This document shows, piece after piece, positions 1 to 8,805 of a stretch of DNA of 64,000 nt. The first letter of the stretch is position 1; each line of letters begins with the position of its first letter. The position numbers were made by a program, and so were the translations under genes. The notes below the pieces were generated by a model. It saw only the letters and a program-made list of their open reading frames with translations, did not search any database and was not told where the DNA came from. The stretch comes from Promethearchaeota archaeon (GTDB taxonomy: Archaea > Asgardarchaeota > Hermodarchaeia > Hermodarchaeales > Hermodarchaeaceae), in assembly GCA_048938385.1 (NCBI GenBank), contig JBHLMG010000002.1, positions 1-64,000 of the forward strand, read 5' to 3'.

Positions 1-653
1 TCGGCGAGCATGCCGCGGCCGAGGTATTCGGCGCGGAAGTGGCCGATGAGGGAGTCGACGATGAGGAGGCGGACTTTGTCGAATTCGGGGTTGTCTTGGA
101 TTTGTTGGACGAGGAGCATTTGGTGGTCGCTGTTGTAGGCGCGGCCGACGATGATGTTTTTGAGGGCTTGGGTGGGGGGGAGGTTTTTGGCTTGGGCCAT
201 GTTGATGACGCGTTCGGGGCGGAAGGTGCCTTCGGAGTCGATGTAGGCGGCTTTGGCGCCGCATCCGCCTTGGTCGGGGGGGAGTTGGACGTTGACGCAG
301 AGTTGGTGGCAGATTTGGGTTTTGCCGGAGCGGAAGGCGCCGGCGAGTTCGGTCATGCTGCCTGTTTCGATGCCACCGCCTACGAGGGCGTCGAGTTCGC
401 GGCTGTTGGTGGTGATGCGTTCAATGGTTTGGCGTTTCTTCCAAAGCTTGTCGGCGGTTTCGAGGCCAATGCTGGCCATGCGTTGGGCGGATTCGATGAT
501 CTTTTGGGCTGTGCTGGCGCCGATGCCAGCGAGGCTGGTGAGTTCTTTCACAGAGGCGGCAGCGATGCCTTCGATGGTACGGAAACCACATTCTTCGAGT
601 TTTTGGGCGACGGTGGGTCCGACGCCTTCAAGTTTTTCCAGTTCCGAGGGCAT
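1..653 (-). CDS. radA: DNA repair and recombination protein RadA (runs off the left edge; not in the ORF track)
   Basis: Reverse translation from ATG at 653 gives MPSELEKLEGVGPTVAQKLEECGF (HhH N-domain), then LDALVGGGIETGSMTELAGAFRSGKTQICHQLCVNVQLP (Walker A), YIDSEGTFRPER, GRAYNSDHQ, LLIVDSLIGHFRAEYLGRGMLAE (Walker B). The 39..692 + ORF is its antisense shadow. Confidence 0.97.
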   Translation of the reverse strand, partial: MPSELEKLEGVGPTVAQKLEECGFRTIEGIAAASVKELTSLAGIGASTAQKIIESAQRMASIGLETADKLWKKRQTIERITTNSRELDALVGGGIETGSMTELAGAFRSGKTQICHQLCVNVQLPPDQGGCGAKAAYIDSEGTFRPERVINMAQAKNLPPTQALKNIIVGRAYNSDHQMLLVQQIQDNPEFDKVRLLIVDSLIGHFRAEYLGRGMLA

Positions 654-709
654 GAGTTGTACTTCCTGAACGGATTTCGTGTGGGAGTCTAGTATGAGGA
701 GAGTGGGGA

Positions 710-790
710 GACCTTGCCGAAAGTATTCGGAGATAAGGCAAGGCAGGTCACACCCGCGTGGAATGTGTGTGGTGTTCCCTATTATACATA
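710..790 (-). promoter_or_regulatory. Putative radA promoter and structured leader
   Basis: Minus-strand TATA-like TATGTATAAT at ~781-790. Inverted repeat CCTTGCC (712-718)/GGCAAGG (737-743), with an overlapping alternative hairpin CCGAA-AGTA-TTCGG (717-730). Confidence 0.35.
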
Positions 791-899
791 CTGGTTTGAT
801 GGTAAGGGGTGCCTAGCCCACCCTGTTCTCCTTCACCAATCCTCGGTCGGGGTTTATAATCCTTTGACACCCCCCAGGCGAAGTGAAGATTATGGCTCA

Positions 900-2771
900 C
901 TACACTGCCTTTGCTTCAATAATTTCAGCGAGACCTGACTCTTGCAATGCAGTTTTGGTTGGATGGCCTTCAGCATCACACCCGCGGCGAAAATAAAGTT
1001 CGGTGAGGGATTGGTCGAAGTCTTCGGCAGTAGTGAATGCCGTGAATCCTTTCGTGGGGCCTTCTGGAACAGGTTCGTTTAAAAAGCGGGGTGGAAGGCT
1101 GTCGTATTGTCGGGGTGGAAAATCGTATTCTCGGATGTTGAACATACGTGCAAGTAGCCAGATCCGAGTGGCTGCCTGGGTTACAGAGGTCAGGGTTGCC
1201 CGAGTGCCTGTGACGGTTTTGAGGATGGTCGCGCAGTCTTTGATGGCTAGCCGGGGTGAAATAGAATGGGTGAAATGACAGATGATGAGGGAATCTTTCA
1301 GAATCTTCAAGTTTTGTTGCTCAATTAGGGACTTGAGTACTGTGATGGCACTCGTTTCTGGAGGTTTCGTGGTCGAAGGCCATCCTCGAAGGTGACTCGC
1401 TCCTGCGGCAGCGGTGGCGTAGCTTAATCCGAGCCCTAATTTGCCGCGTGGATCCCAGGCTGGGAACTCCAAACCCTTAGCATGAACAGCAATTGCTTCT
1501 GCGGTTTCCCCAAGTTGTTGAGCAAAAGTTCGCACTCCTTGAGCTAGGTGATCGCCAATTCCTTCGCGTTGAGCAATTTGTTGTATCATTGTCAAAACCG
1601 CGTCAGTGTCACCAAAGTTAATCCTGGCTGCTTCGAACCGTTCTGGTAAAAGGTTCTTTTGTGTCAATTCCATGAGAAAGCCAATCGTATTGCCTGTGCT
1701 GATTGTATCTAGTCCCAGGCGATTACATTCATAGTTATACTGTACAATGGCTTCGATCTCACTCACTCCTAGGTTTCCTCCCATCAAACCAAGGGTTTCG
1801 TATTCGGGGATTCCAACTTTCTCAATCGAAGAGGTTGTCATTCCGGGAAAAATGGGTTCCTTGAGGGTCCAAGCGCAACTGATTACGCATCCTTCACATG
1901 GAGTCCGTCTCTTCTTACCCCCATAGCTTGATTCGATGGCTTCATCGGTGATCTTACGATATCCGTCAAAGTGGGTGCACTGAAAGTTCTTCGTGGGAAA
2001 CATGCCAATGCTATTTGAATAATCTACCAACCAAGGTGTTCCATGGTAATGGAGGGAATGTCCTTTTTGTTTGGCTTTTCGTGCCCGTTGTGAAAGGCGT
2101 ATTAGGAGGGTGCGTTCTTCGTCAGTGTCGGGAACAGGAATCCGCTGTTTCTCTCCACGAACAGCGATCGCTTTCAAGTTTTTTGCCCCGAAGACGGCAC
2201 CAAGGCCTCCTCGTCCAAAGTTACGGAAGTAGTTATGTGTTAAACAGGCAAATCGAACAAGGTGTTCACCAGCGGGTCCGGTCGAAACAACCTGAATCTT
2301 AGGGTCCTGTTTACGGAGGACGCTCTCTGTCTCATGGGTCGTGGTTCCCCACAAATGACTGGCATCGTTAATGGAGTGTCCCTCGGGGTGTATTTGGACC
2401 CAAACAGGATGTTCGGCTTGCCCTTCCACGATGATGAGGTCATAACCCGCTCGTTTTAATTCCGGACCTAAATATCCACCAATGCTACTATCGATATACA
2501 AACCCGTAAGAGGGCTCTTGGAGACCGCGGCACATCGTCCCGTGATGGGTACACGCGTTCCTTGAGCAGGTCCTGCTGCTAAATAGAATCGATTCTTTGG
2601 TCCCAATGGATCTGCTCGTGGAGGAGTTTCTCGGTAAAGGAAATAAGTGCCTAAGCCTTTCCCACCAAGGAACTGGGAGAGCACCTCTTTTGAAATCGAT
2701 TCTTCAGTAAATCGTTGGGCAGTTAAATCAACGCGAAGCAATTTCCCTGTCCAACCAAACATTACCATCAA
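900..2771 (-). CDS. aor: Tungsten-dependent aldehyde:ferredoxin oxidoreductase family protein
   Basis: N-terminal GWTGKLLRVDL, SKSPLTG, GRGGLGAVFGAKNLKAIAV, CEGCVISC, EYET, GLDTISTG, WDPRG and GASH motifs; 623 aa. Confidence 0.95.
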   Translation of the reverse strand: MMVMFGWTGKLLRVDLTAQRFTEESISKEVLSQFLGGKGLGTYFLYRETPPRADPLGPKNRFYLAAGPAQGTRVPITGRCAAVSKSPLTGLYIDSSIGGYLGPELKRAGYDLIIVEGQAEHPVWVQIHPEGHSINDASHLWGTTTHETESVLRKQDPKIQVVSTGPAGEHLVRFACLTHNYFRNFGRGGLGAVFGAKNLKAIAVRGEKQRIPVPDTDEERTLLIRLSQRARKAKQKGHSLHYHGTPWLVDYSNSIGMFPTKNFQCTHFDGYRKITDEAIESSYGGKKRRTPCEGCVISCAWTLKEPIFPGMTTSSIEKVGIPEYETLGLMGGNLGVSEIEAIVQYNYECNRLGLDTISTGNTIGFLMELTQKNLLPERFEAARINFGDTDAVLTMIQQIAQREGIGDHLAQGVRTFAQQLGETAEAIAVHAKGLEFPAWDPRGKLGLGLSYATAAAGASHLRGWPSTTKPPETSAITVLKSLIEQQNLKILKDSLIICHFTHSISPRLAIKDCATILKTVTGTRATLTSVTQAATRIWLLARMFNIREYDFPPRQYDSLPPRFLNEPVPEGPTKGFTAFTTAEDFDQSLTELYFRRGCDAEGHPTKTALQESGLAEIIEAKAV

Positions 2772-2823
2772 CTCTTCGCATTCGCTCCATTAACCTTCAC
2801 CGACGCATAAAACCTTAATGTAT

Positions 2824-2866
2824 CTTTAACCCTCACACCGTAAAGAACCACTACCTAGGGTTAAAG
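2824..2866. promoter_or_regulatory. Inverted repeat in the aor/SBP divergent promoter (candidate operator)
   Basis: CTTTAACCCT (2824-2833) and AGGGTTAAAG (2857-2866) form a perfect 10-bp inverted repeat. A near copy of the half-site, TTAACCTTCAC, lies at ~2790. Confidence 0.4.
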
Positions 2867-3088
2867 GCTCCTCTACCAATCTTTGATTGAATCAATGGTC
2901 TTTTTCCTAGAGGCTTCTCGTTGTCAATATAATTCTAACGAGATGAGAAACTGTTCTTTTCCTGTAAGGCGTTATTATGATTTTGAAGGTACCGCAATGA
3001 CAAGTCATTTAAGGAAAGAGCATACCTTCTCAATGGAATCGTAGCACTAGCTACGAATCGGAAAAACACCAAGAGGTTTGAAACCAAA

Positions 3089-4951
3089 TTGGAGCGAAAA
3101 CGCATTTATCAGCTTTTTGCGATCCTCATGCTCTGTGCATTAGTACCAATGTTTCTAGCCTACACTGGTAGAGAACCTGCTCCGGTCGCCTATGCTGCTC
3201 CTACGCAAGGTGATGTATGGGACCCAACCGGTCCTTACGCGGACAGGGTTATCTTCCATGTAATTGTTGGTCAAGATGTACAAGTCGCAGCCCTGATTCA
3301 GGGTCAAATTGACCATCTTGCCGACAACGTTGAAGCCTCCTATATCGAGGATCTAGAAGCAAACCCCGACATTGAAGTCACGCGAAGTGGCCGGCTTGGA
3401 TTCGGTCACCTCTCGATCAACTGCCAGCGATATCCCTACACCTATCCCCAACTCCGTCGAGCTCTGGCTCTAGCAGCTGACAAGCACGAAGTTGCTACCA
3501 TCATGTGGGGTGGCTTGGGCTTCGCCCTCGACACACCTGTTCCTGAGCTCGCTGGTGTCTGGCACAATAACAACACTCCTTCCTACAAGGAGCCTCAGGT
3601 AGCCGCTGCTGAAGCTCAGCTCGCAGCTGCTGGCTTCATTGACAACGACGGTGACGGGTATGTAGAATCACCTGATGGATCACCGTTCACCTTCCGGCCA
3701 ATGTACTCCATTGAAGCTCCCCAGTGGGGCGCTGCCATGCAATCTCAAGCCGTCTACTGGGATCAGGCTGGAATCAGCGTTGAACCCATGCCCGTTGCAT
3801 TCAACACCCTTCTGGATATCGTCTATACCCTACCACGCAACTATGATGGTGCTAACTACGCCTATGGCGTTAGTCCCAACCCACTGATCCTTCAGAACTT
3901 CGTTACCGACCAAATCGCTAACCCAGAAGGCAACCACCTGAACTGGGCCAATGATACATTCGACTACTGGGTCGATATCATGATGACCTCATCAGACTAC
4001 GACACTGTACTTGATGCATCACACCAAGCCCAACAGGTCTTTGCTGAACAAGTACCGATGCTTATCTGGTACAGCAACTGGGAAGTCAACGCCCACCGAA
4101 CTGATAAGTGGGAAGGCCACATCGTCATTCCTGGCTGGGGAACCGCCGGAATGAACCGCTGGACCCCCCGCATTGTCAAACTCAAGGAAGGACAACCCGA
4201 ACGGGATCCGACTCTGGGTACTGGTGGAACCTTCAACACGCTCATTGCTTCTGCAATGGACTCACAGAACCCCTTGACCTCCACCAGCGTCTATGGCAAC
4301 TACCCACTTGCCCAAATCTACGCTAGCCTTACTGGTCTCAATGACCCACGAGATCACTCACCCACCTTTGGTGGTGGTGGAATCTCATACTATTGGGAGA
4401 TCACTGAAGAAGGCGATCACCTACGCTTCGACTTCACCCTCCAAGGTGCTGATGCCGAACACCCAGCAGCCTACTGGCATGACATGGGTGGTGCAAAGGG
4501 TGGTAAAGTTACCGCTGACGATATCAAGTTCACCTACGACTACATCGTCAACAACTCTATCCCTGGGTTCGTCGTTGCTATTCCATACTACAATTCCTGC
4601 GAAATCATCGACGATTACCATGTCACCATTCGTTCGAATGGCAGGAGCTATTGGGCCTTCGATCAGCTTCGACAATGGACGATTCTACCCAAGCACATCT
4701 GGCAAGGTATCGTTAGCCCAACGACCTTCTCCAACCCACAACCCATTGGTTGCGGACCCTTCAAGTGGTATCAACGCGTTGAAGGCGAATACGTCGAAAT
4801 GGAGTTCTGGGAGAACTACCATGTTGGTATCGAGGGCCACAGCCCTGGAGAAGTAGAGCCAGTTAGCTACTTGGCCATCTACCTTGCTGTAGGTGTCCTC
4901 GTCATTGTCGTCGTACTCCTTGGCAGTGTCTGGTACCTCCGCAAGAAGTAG
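3089..4951 (+). CDS. Family 5 (Opp/Dpp-type) ABC substrate-binding protein, circularly permuted, with signal sequence and C-terminal TM anchor
   Basis: Motifs LRRALALAAD, GGTFNTLIASAMDSQNP, WHD..VTADDIKFT and PIGCGPF. Hydrophobic N- and C-termini, ending WYLRKK. Strong C-ending codon bias. Confidence 0.9.
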   Translation: MERKRIYQLFAILMLCALVPMFLAYTGREPAPVAYAAPTQGDVWDPTGPYADRVIFHVIVGQDVQVAALIQGQIDHLADNVEASYIEDLEANPDIEVTRSGRLGFGHLSINCQRYPYTYPQLRRALALAADKHEVATIMWGGLGFALDTPVPELAGVWHNNNTPSYKEPQVAAAEAQLAAAGFIDNDGDGYVESPDGSPFTFRPMYSIEAPQWGAAMQSQAVYWDQAGISVEPMPVAFNTLLDIVYTLPRNYDGANYAYGVSPNPLILQNFVTDQIANPEGNHLNWANDTFDYWVDIMMTSSDYDTVLDASHQAQQVFAEQVPMLIWYSNWEVNAHRTDKWEGHIVIPGWGTAGMNRWTPRIVKLKEGQPERDPTLGTGGTFNTLIASAMDSQNPLTSTSVYGNYPLAQIYASLTGLNDPRDHSPTFGGGGISYYWEITEEGDHLRFDFTLQGADAEHPAAYWHDMGGAKGGKVTADDIKFTYDYIVNNSIPGFVVAIPYYNSCEIIDDYHVTIRSNGRSYWAFDQLRQWTILPKHIWQGIVSPTTFSNPQPIGCGPFKWYQRVEGEYVEMEFWENYHVGIEGHSPGEVEPVSYLAIYLAVGVLVIVVVLLGSVWYLRKK

Positions 4952-4990
4952 GTTGACAGCCCAGAAAGTCGTTGACATAAATGTCACAAC

Positions 4991-5036
4991 ATAGGTGCCT
5001 TGATGGCACCTATCCTCTCTTTTTTTCTGGTTTTTT
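4991..5036 (+). terminator. Hairpin plus U-tract terminator of the SBP gene
   Basis: ATAGGTGCC-ttgat-GGCACCTAT is a perfect 9-bp stem, followed by two T runs. Confidence 0.8.
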
Positions 5037-5136
5037 GGATCTTACCCAAGTGTAACTTCAGTTAACGAAAATCGCGTTTGTGAGTAGGTATTGCCACTTT
5101 CGGCATGATTATAACCTAATAGGCGAATTTTGCGCC

Positions 5137-6078
5137 ATGACACTCCACGACCCTACTGCTTCAGATGATACCAAATCGGAAACTAATGAATCTGCGGTCC
5201 ACTTAACCTGGTCTGAGCGCTTACGATATTTGTATCCTCCCATCATCGCCATGATCTTCTCGTTGTTCATAGCGTACATAATCTTGCTTGCTAATCCTCT
5301 GTTTTTCATCAGTGTTCCACCTAGCGCCGACCCTTTTGAAAGCCTTTTAGTTCTACTCGTCATCGCCCTAATTGGTGGTGCTGCCACATTAGCGACTTTT
5401 ATGGTATTTCAGCATGGAAATGAATGGTTGCATCGCGTCCTCATCGCTGCGTTCGTCTCCCCCCTCTTCTTCATACTAACGGTGTTTATGGGGCAAGCAC
5501 TGTTTCTGATCCTCATCTATCCGGGATTAACGAACCTCCATCTGTCACTCATAGCCATGGCCTCAATCATGTTCTCTGCCTTTTCCATGGTGTTCATCTT
5601 CACTGATGCTCTTGGTCCAGGGGCACGCAATGGATTATTCACTGTATATGGAGTGATATTAGGCGTGTTTTTAGGAGTTAATTTCACCTGGTACATCTCT
5701 ATCACTCTCTTAGGCATCCTCGCAGTGCAAGATGTACTATTTGCCATGAAACTGGGCCCAATCATTATTGACGCTGACCTTAAGCGACACGCCCGATCAG
5801 CCTTTACATTCGCCGTCGGACCTATGGTGATTGGTGTTGGCGACTTGATCGTGTATGCATCCTTAGTCGCCTTTTCACTCCGCTATTTAGGCTGGATCTT
5901 AACGGGTTGGACTTTCATTGCTATTCTGATTGGCTGTTTGTTCAACACGCAAATCGTAGCTCGCTATCCAAACAAAGCGATACCAGGTCTTCCTCTTCCC
6001 CTAATATGCGCTCTGGTTCCAATCACTTTTGGACTGACCCTAATTGCCGTTCTTGGACAAAGTTTCCTATTGATCTAG
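5137..6078 (+). CDS. Presenilin/signal-peptide-peptidase-like GxGD intramembrane aspartyl protease
   Basis: About 9 TM segments. First catalytic Asp in AVQDVLF (YD motif variant), second in VIGVGDL, and a PAL-equivalent IPGLPLP. ATG at 5137 is preferred over the track start at 5080. Confidence 0.85.
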   Translation: MTLHDPTASDDTKSETNESAVHLTWSERLRYLYPPIIAMIFSLFIAYIILLANPLFFISVPPSADPFESLLVLLVIALIGGAATLATFMVFQHGNEWLHRVLIAAFVSPLFFILTVFMGQALFLILIYPGLTNLHLSLIAMASIMFSAFSMVFIFTDALGPGARNGLFTVYGVILGVFLGVNFTWYISITLLGILAVQDVLFAMKLGPIIIDADLKRHARSAFTFAVGPMVIGVGDLIVYASLVAFSLRYLGWILTGWTFIAILIGCLFNTQIVARYPNKAIPGLPLPLICALVPITFGLTLIAVLGQSFLLI

Positions 6079-6127
6079 GTTGTCGAAGGCGTTCTTGGAT
6101 TCAAGTTACTGGTAAATTCTGTTAAAA

Positions 6128-6784
6128 GTGGAACGAAACCTTTATGCCTCTTCATTCCATGTACGCTTTAGGGAACCTCCTGGGAGTGTAACAGTGACTG
6201 ATAGGCTAGCCCCCACCGATGTTCATGAACGAATTCAGGACAAGCTTACCGATTTTGGACTTAAAGTAGTCATGATGGGTGATGGTGCGGTGGGAAAAAC
6301 CTCTCTCGTCCTCCGTTATACTCAAAACACATTTTCTCCCGAATATAAACAGTCTCTGGGTGCTAGTTTTGCTGTCAAGGATTTGAAAATTGATGAGCAA
6401 AAGGTTAAACTAGTAATTTGGGATATCGCTGGACAACCCTCTTTTCGACAAGTACGCCGTCACTACTATAGCGGTGCTCATGGAGCACTCCTAGTTTTTG
6501 ATGTAATAAAACCTACAAGCTTCATGACTCTCAATAATTGGTACAACGATTTCAAGACAGTAGTCCCGGAAGGAATCATTGTTCTTATTGGAAACAAAGT
6601 TGATCTCGAAGAGAAACGCGTCGTTCCACCAGAGGCCGCACACATGCTCCAACGCTGGTGGCAAATCCCTTACATTGAAACCTCTGCAGCCAATGCCACT
6701 GGTGTATCTGACGCCTTCTACCTATTGGCACGTAAAGTAATTGAACTGGCAAAGGTCAAAAAATATTCGGATAATACCCAGTGA
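6128..6784 (+). CDS. Rab/Ras-like small GTPase
   Basis: GDGAVGKTS, WDIAGQ, NKVD, ETSA. The true start may be ~20 codons downstream. No C-terminal prenylation Cys motif. Confidence 0.93.
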   Translation: MERNLYASSFHVRFREPPGSVTVTDRLAPTDVHERIQDKLTDFGLKVVMMGDGAVGKTSLVLRYTQNTFSPEYKQSLGASFAVKDLKIDEQKVKLVIWDIAGQPSFRQVRRHYYSGAHGALLVFDVIKPTSFMTLNNWYNDFKTVVPEGIIVLIGNKVDLEEKRVVPPEAAHMLQRWWQIPYIETSAANATGVSDAFYLLARKVIELAKVKKYSDNTQ

Positions 6785-6794
6785 ATTTAATAGG

Positions 6795-7208
6795 TTACTG
6801 TTCACGATTCTTGCTTACTTGGAGGGTAAGCCCCTCAATCCTGTCAACTCGAATAGCCGCACCGATAACTAATGGCTCTTGAGCTCGTGCTTTCCAGACC
6901 TCTCCCCGTACTTGGACTTTCCCAAACCAACCAGAATGATCTTGAATGAAATCAGTAAGCGTCACTCCGGCCTGTCCGATAAGTGGATCGTACACCGGAA
7001 TGGAAGCGCTCGACCAATAGGTATAGATCTTTACCAGTGTAAAAAGTAGTAGACCGATCACAACAATGCTCATACCGGGAATAATGTAAAACGGAGCCAG
7101 ATTAATGAGCAGAATAAACGCGATAACAGCGATAATGGCTTCTTCGATAACATTGAATAAAATGAAGGTAACCAACCGCTTTTTCCTCGCATTCTCTTTG
7201 TTAGTCAT
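6795..7208 (-). CDS. NfeD-like membrane protein (C-terminal OB fold)
   Basis: Two TM helices, then LIGQAGV...GKVQVRGEVWKARA...RIEGLTLQV. Confidence 0.88.
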   Translation of the reverse strand: MTNKENARKKRLVTFILFNVIEEAIIAVIAFILLINLAPFYIIPGMSIVVIGLLLFTLVKIYTYWSSASIPVYDPLIGQAGVTLTDFIQDHSGWFGKVQVRGEVWKARAQEPLVIGAAIRVDRIEGLTLQVSKNREQ

Positions 7209-7348
7209 TGGTTCCCACTAAACTCCAGGGTAAGTATTATAGATCAATCGTGATAAAATTCATTTTCATTCCAGAAAAGTCAATACTATCGGTAGCCTTT
7301 TACCAAGAGGGGAACCAGCAAATACAATTGTTGGAGGTCATATAGGTC

Positions 7349-8569
7349 ATGGCAGAAGAAGAACTGGCATATGAGCTTAATCTGCTACGAAAACTTGTAG
7401 AAATCAACACCACGGTAACTAGCGATACACGAATGGGATATGCGGAATGCTCCGAAATCATCCGCCTAGAGGCTCAACGTCTAGGTTTAGGTACAGAAGT
7501 ACTTGATGGACGCGATGTCACCATTGATGGGGAATCGCGCCCAAATGTTTTGGTCTCTTTAGATGGCACATCCGATGTAGATGTTCTCTTAGTAACGCAT
7601 CTGGATGTCGTTCCTGCAGATCCAGCAAAATGGAAAACGCCGCCCTTCCAATTGCGTGTCACCAAAGATCGTGCCTATGGTCGCGGGGCGGCGGATGATA
7701 AATCTAATATCGTCGCTGCACTGAGTGCAATGCGAGAACTTGCCAAAGGCGAACCTGAAGTTAATATCAAGCTCATAATCACAGTTGATGAAGAAATAGG
7801 AGGCCGTGCAGGTATTGGGTACCTCTTCGATGACATCGGCATCGAAGGTGATGCAGGAGTAGTCATTGACAGTGCTCCAAATTACATCAGTGTCGGTGCT
7901 AGTGGTGCCTTATGGGGTCAACTAATCATTAAAGGTCAAGGCGGACATAGTGGTCATCCTGAGCAAGCAGACAACGCGATTTACCGTGCCACTGCTTATA
8001 TTGAAAAACTGAAAGGGTATCATACTAGGGTTTCAAAAATCCGAAGCGGTCTAAACGCGCCCCCGGAAGGACCTTTTCCCAAAGTTCATGGTCGGTTTAC
8101 CGTGACCATGATTCAAGCTGGTGAAAAAGAGAATGTGATTCCTGCTGAATGCGAAATCAGATTCGACCGTCGATTGATCCCAGAAGAAGATCCCAAGAAA
8201 GCAGAAGCTGACTTGTGGGACTACATGCAGAAACTCGCAAAATCCCAAAAGGTCACAGTGGATGATTTTAAAATTCTCAACTCCATAAAGGGCTACTTCA
8301 CAGATGCAAATCAACCCTTTATCCAACACTTTTCTGACCTAGCCCGAGAAGTCGTTGGTAAATCCCTGCCCATAGTAGCTGACCTAGGAGGCAATGACGG
8401 AGCACACCTCGCACAGGCTCAAATTCCTACCGTCTGCTTTGGAACTATTCGTCATGATACAAATTATCATGCACCCAATGAATTCGTGTACTTGAAAGAT
8501 GTACAAATTATTCGAGATGTCTTAGTAGCACTGGGTAAGAGTTCCGCAAGCGTATTCAGTTCACCCTAA
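7349..8569 (+). CDS. M20 family metallopeptidase/deacylase (ArgE/DapE-like)
   Basis: THLDVVP, YGRGAADDK, DEEIGG, GGHS, GGND and YHAPNE motifs. Confidence 0.93.
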   Translation: MAEEELAYELNLLRKLVEINTTVTSDTRMGYAECSEIIRLEAQRLGLGTEVLDGRDVTIDGESRPNVLVSLDGTSDVDVLLVTHLDVVPADPAKWKTPPFQLRVTKDRAYGRGAADDKSNIVAALSAMRELAKGEPEVNIKLIITVDEEIGGRAGIGYLFDDIGIEGDAGVVIDSAPNYISVGASGALWGQLIIKGQGGHSGHPEQADNAIYRATAYIEKLKGYHTRVSKIRSGLNAPPEGPFPKVHGRFTVTMIQAGEKENVIPAECEIRFDRRLIPEEDPKKAEADLWDYMQKLAKSQKVTVDDFKILNSIKGYFTDANQPFIQHFSDLAREVVGKSLPIVADLGGNDGAHLAQAQIPTVCFGTIRHDTNYHAPNEFVYLKDVQIIRDVLVALGKSSASVFSSP

Positions 8570-8805
8570 GACTCCCCGTAACCTTAAAAGGGAACCAAAA
8601 GCCGCTCAACATTAACTCCCTAATACTGCAGCCATCAAATCAATTGGCGCCTGCACCTCATGCTGTTCGAAGGGTAGTTATAGAAATGCCTTACAAAGTT
8701 ACCAGAGCCGCTCTAAGGTCAACGCAAAGATTTAAGGCTTCCTCTCCCTTGTTTGAACGGTTATAGGTTTTAGTCGGTGCCGACAACCAAGCGGGGTCCT
8801 TCCAG

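Noticed and set aside
39-692. 217-aa + strand ORF (and 253..669)
   Set aside because: Antisense shadow of radA, kept open by its C/A-ending codons.
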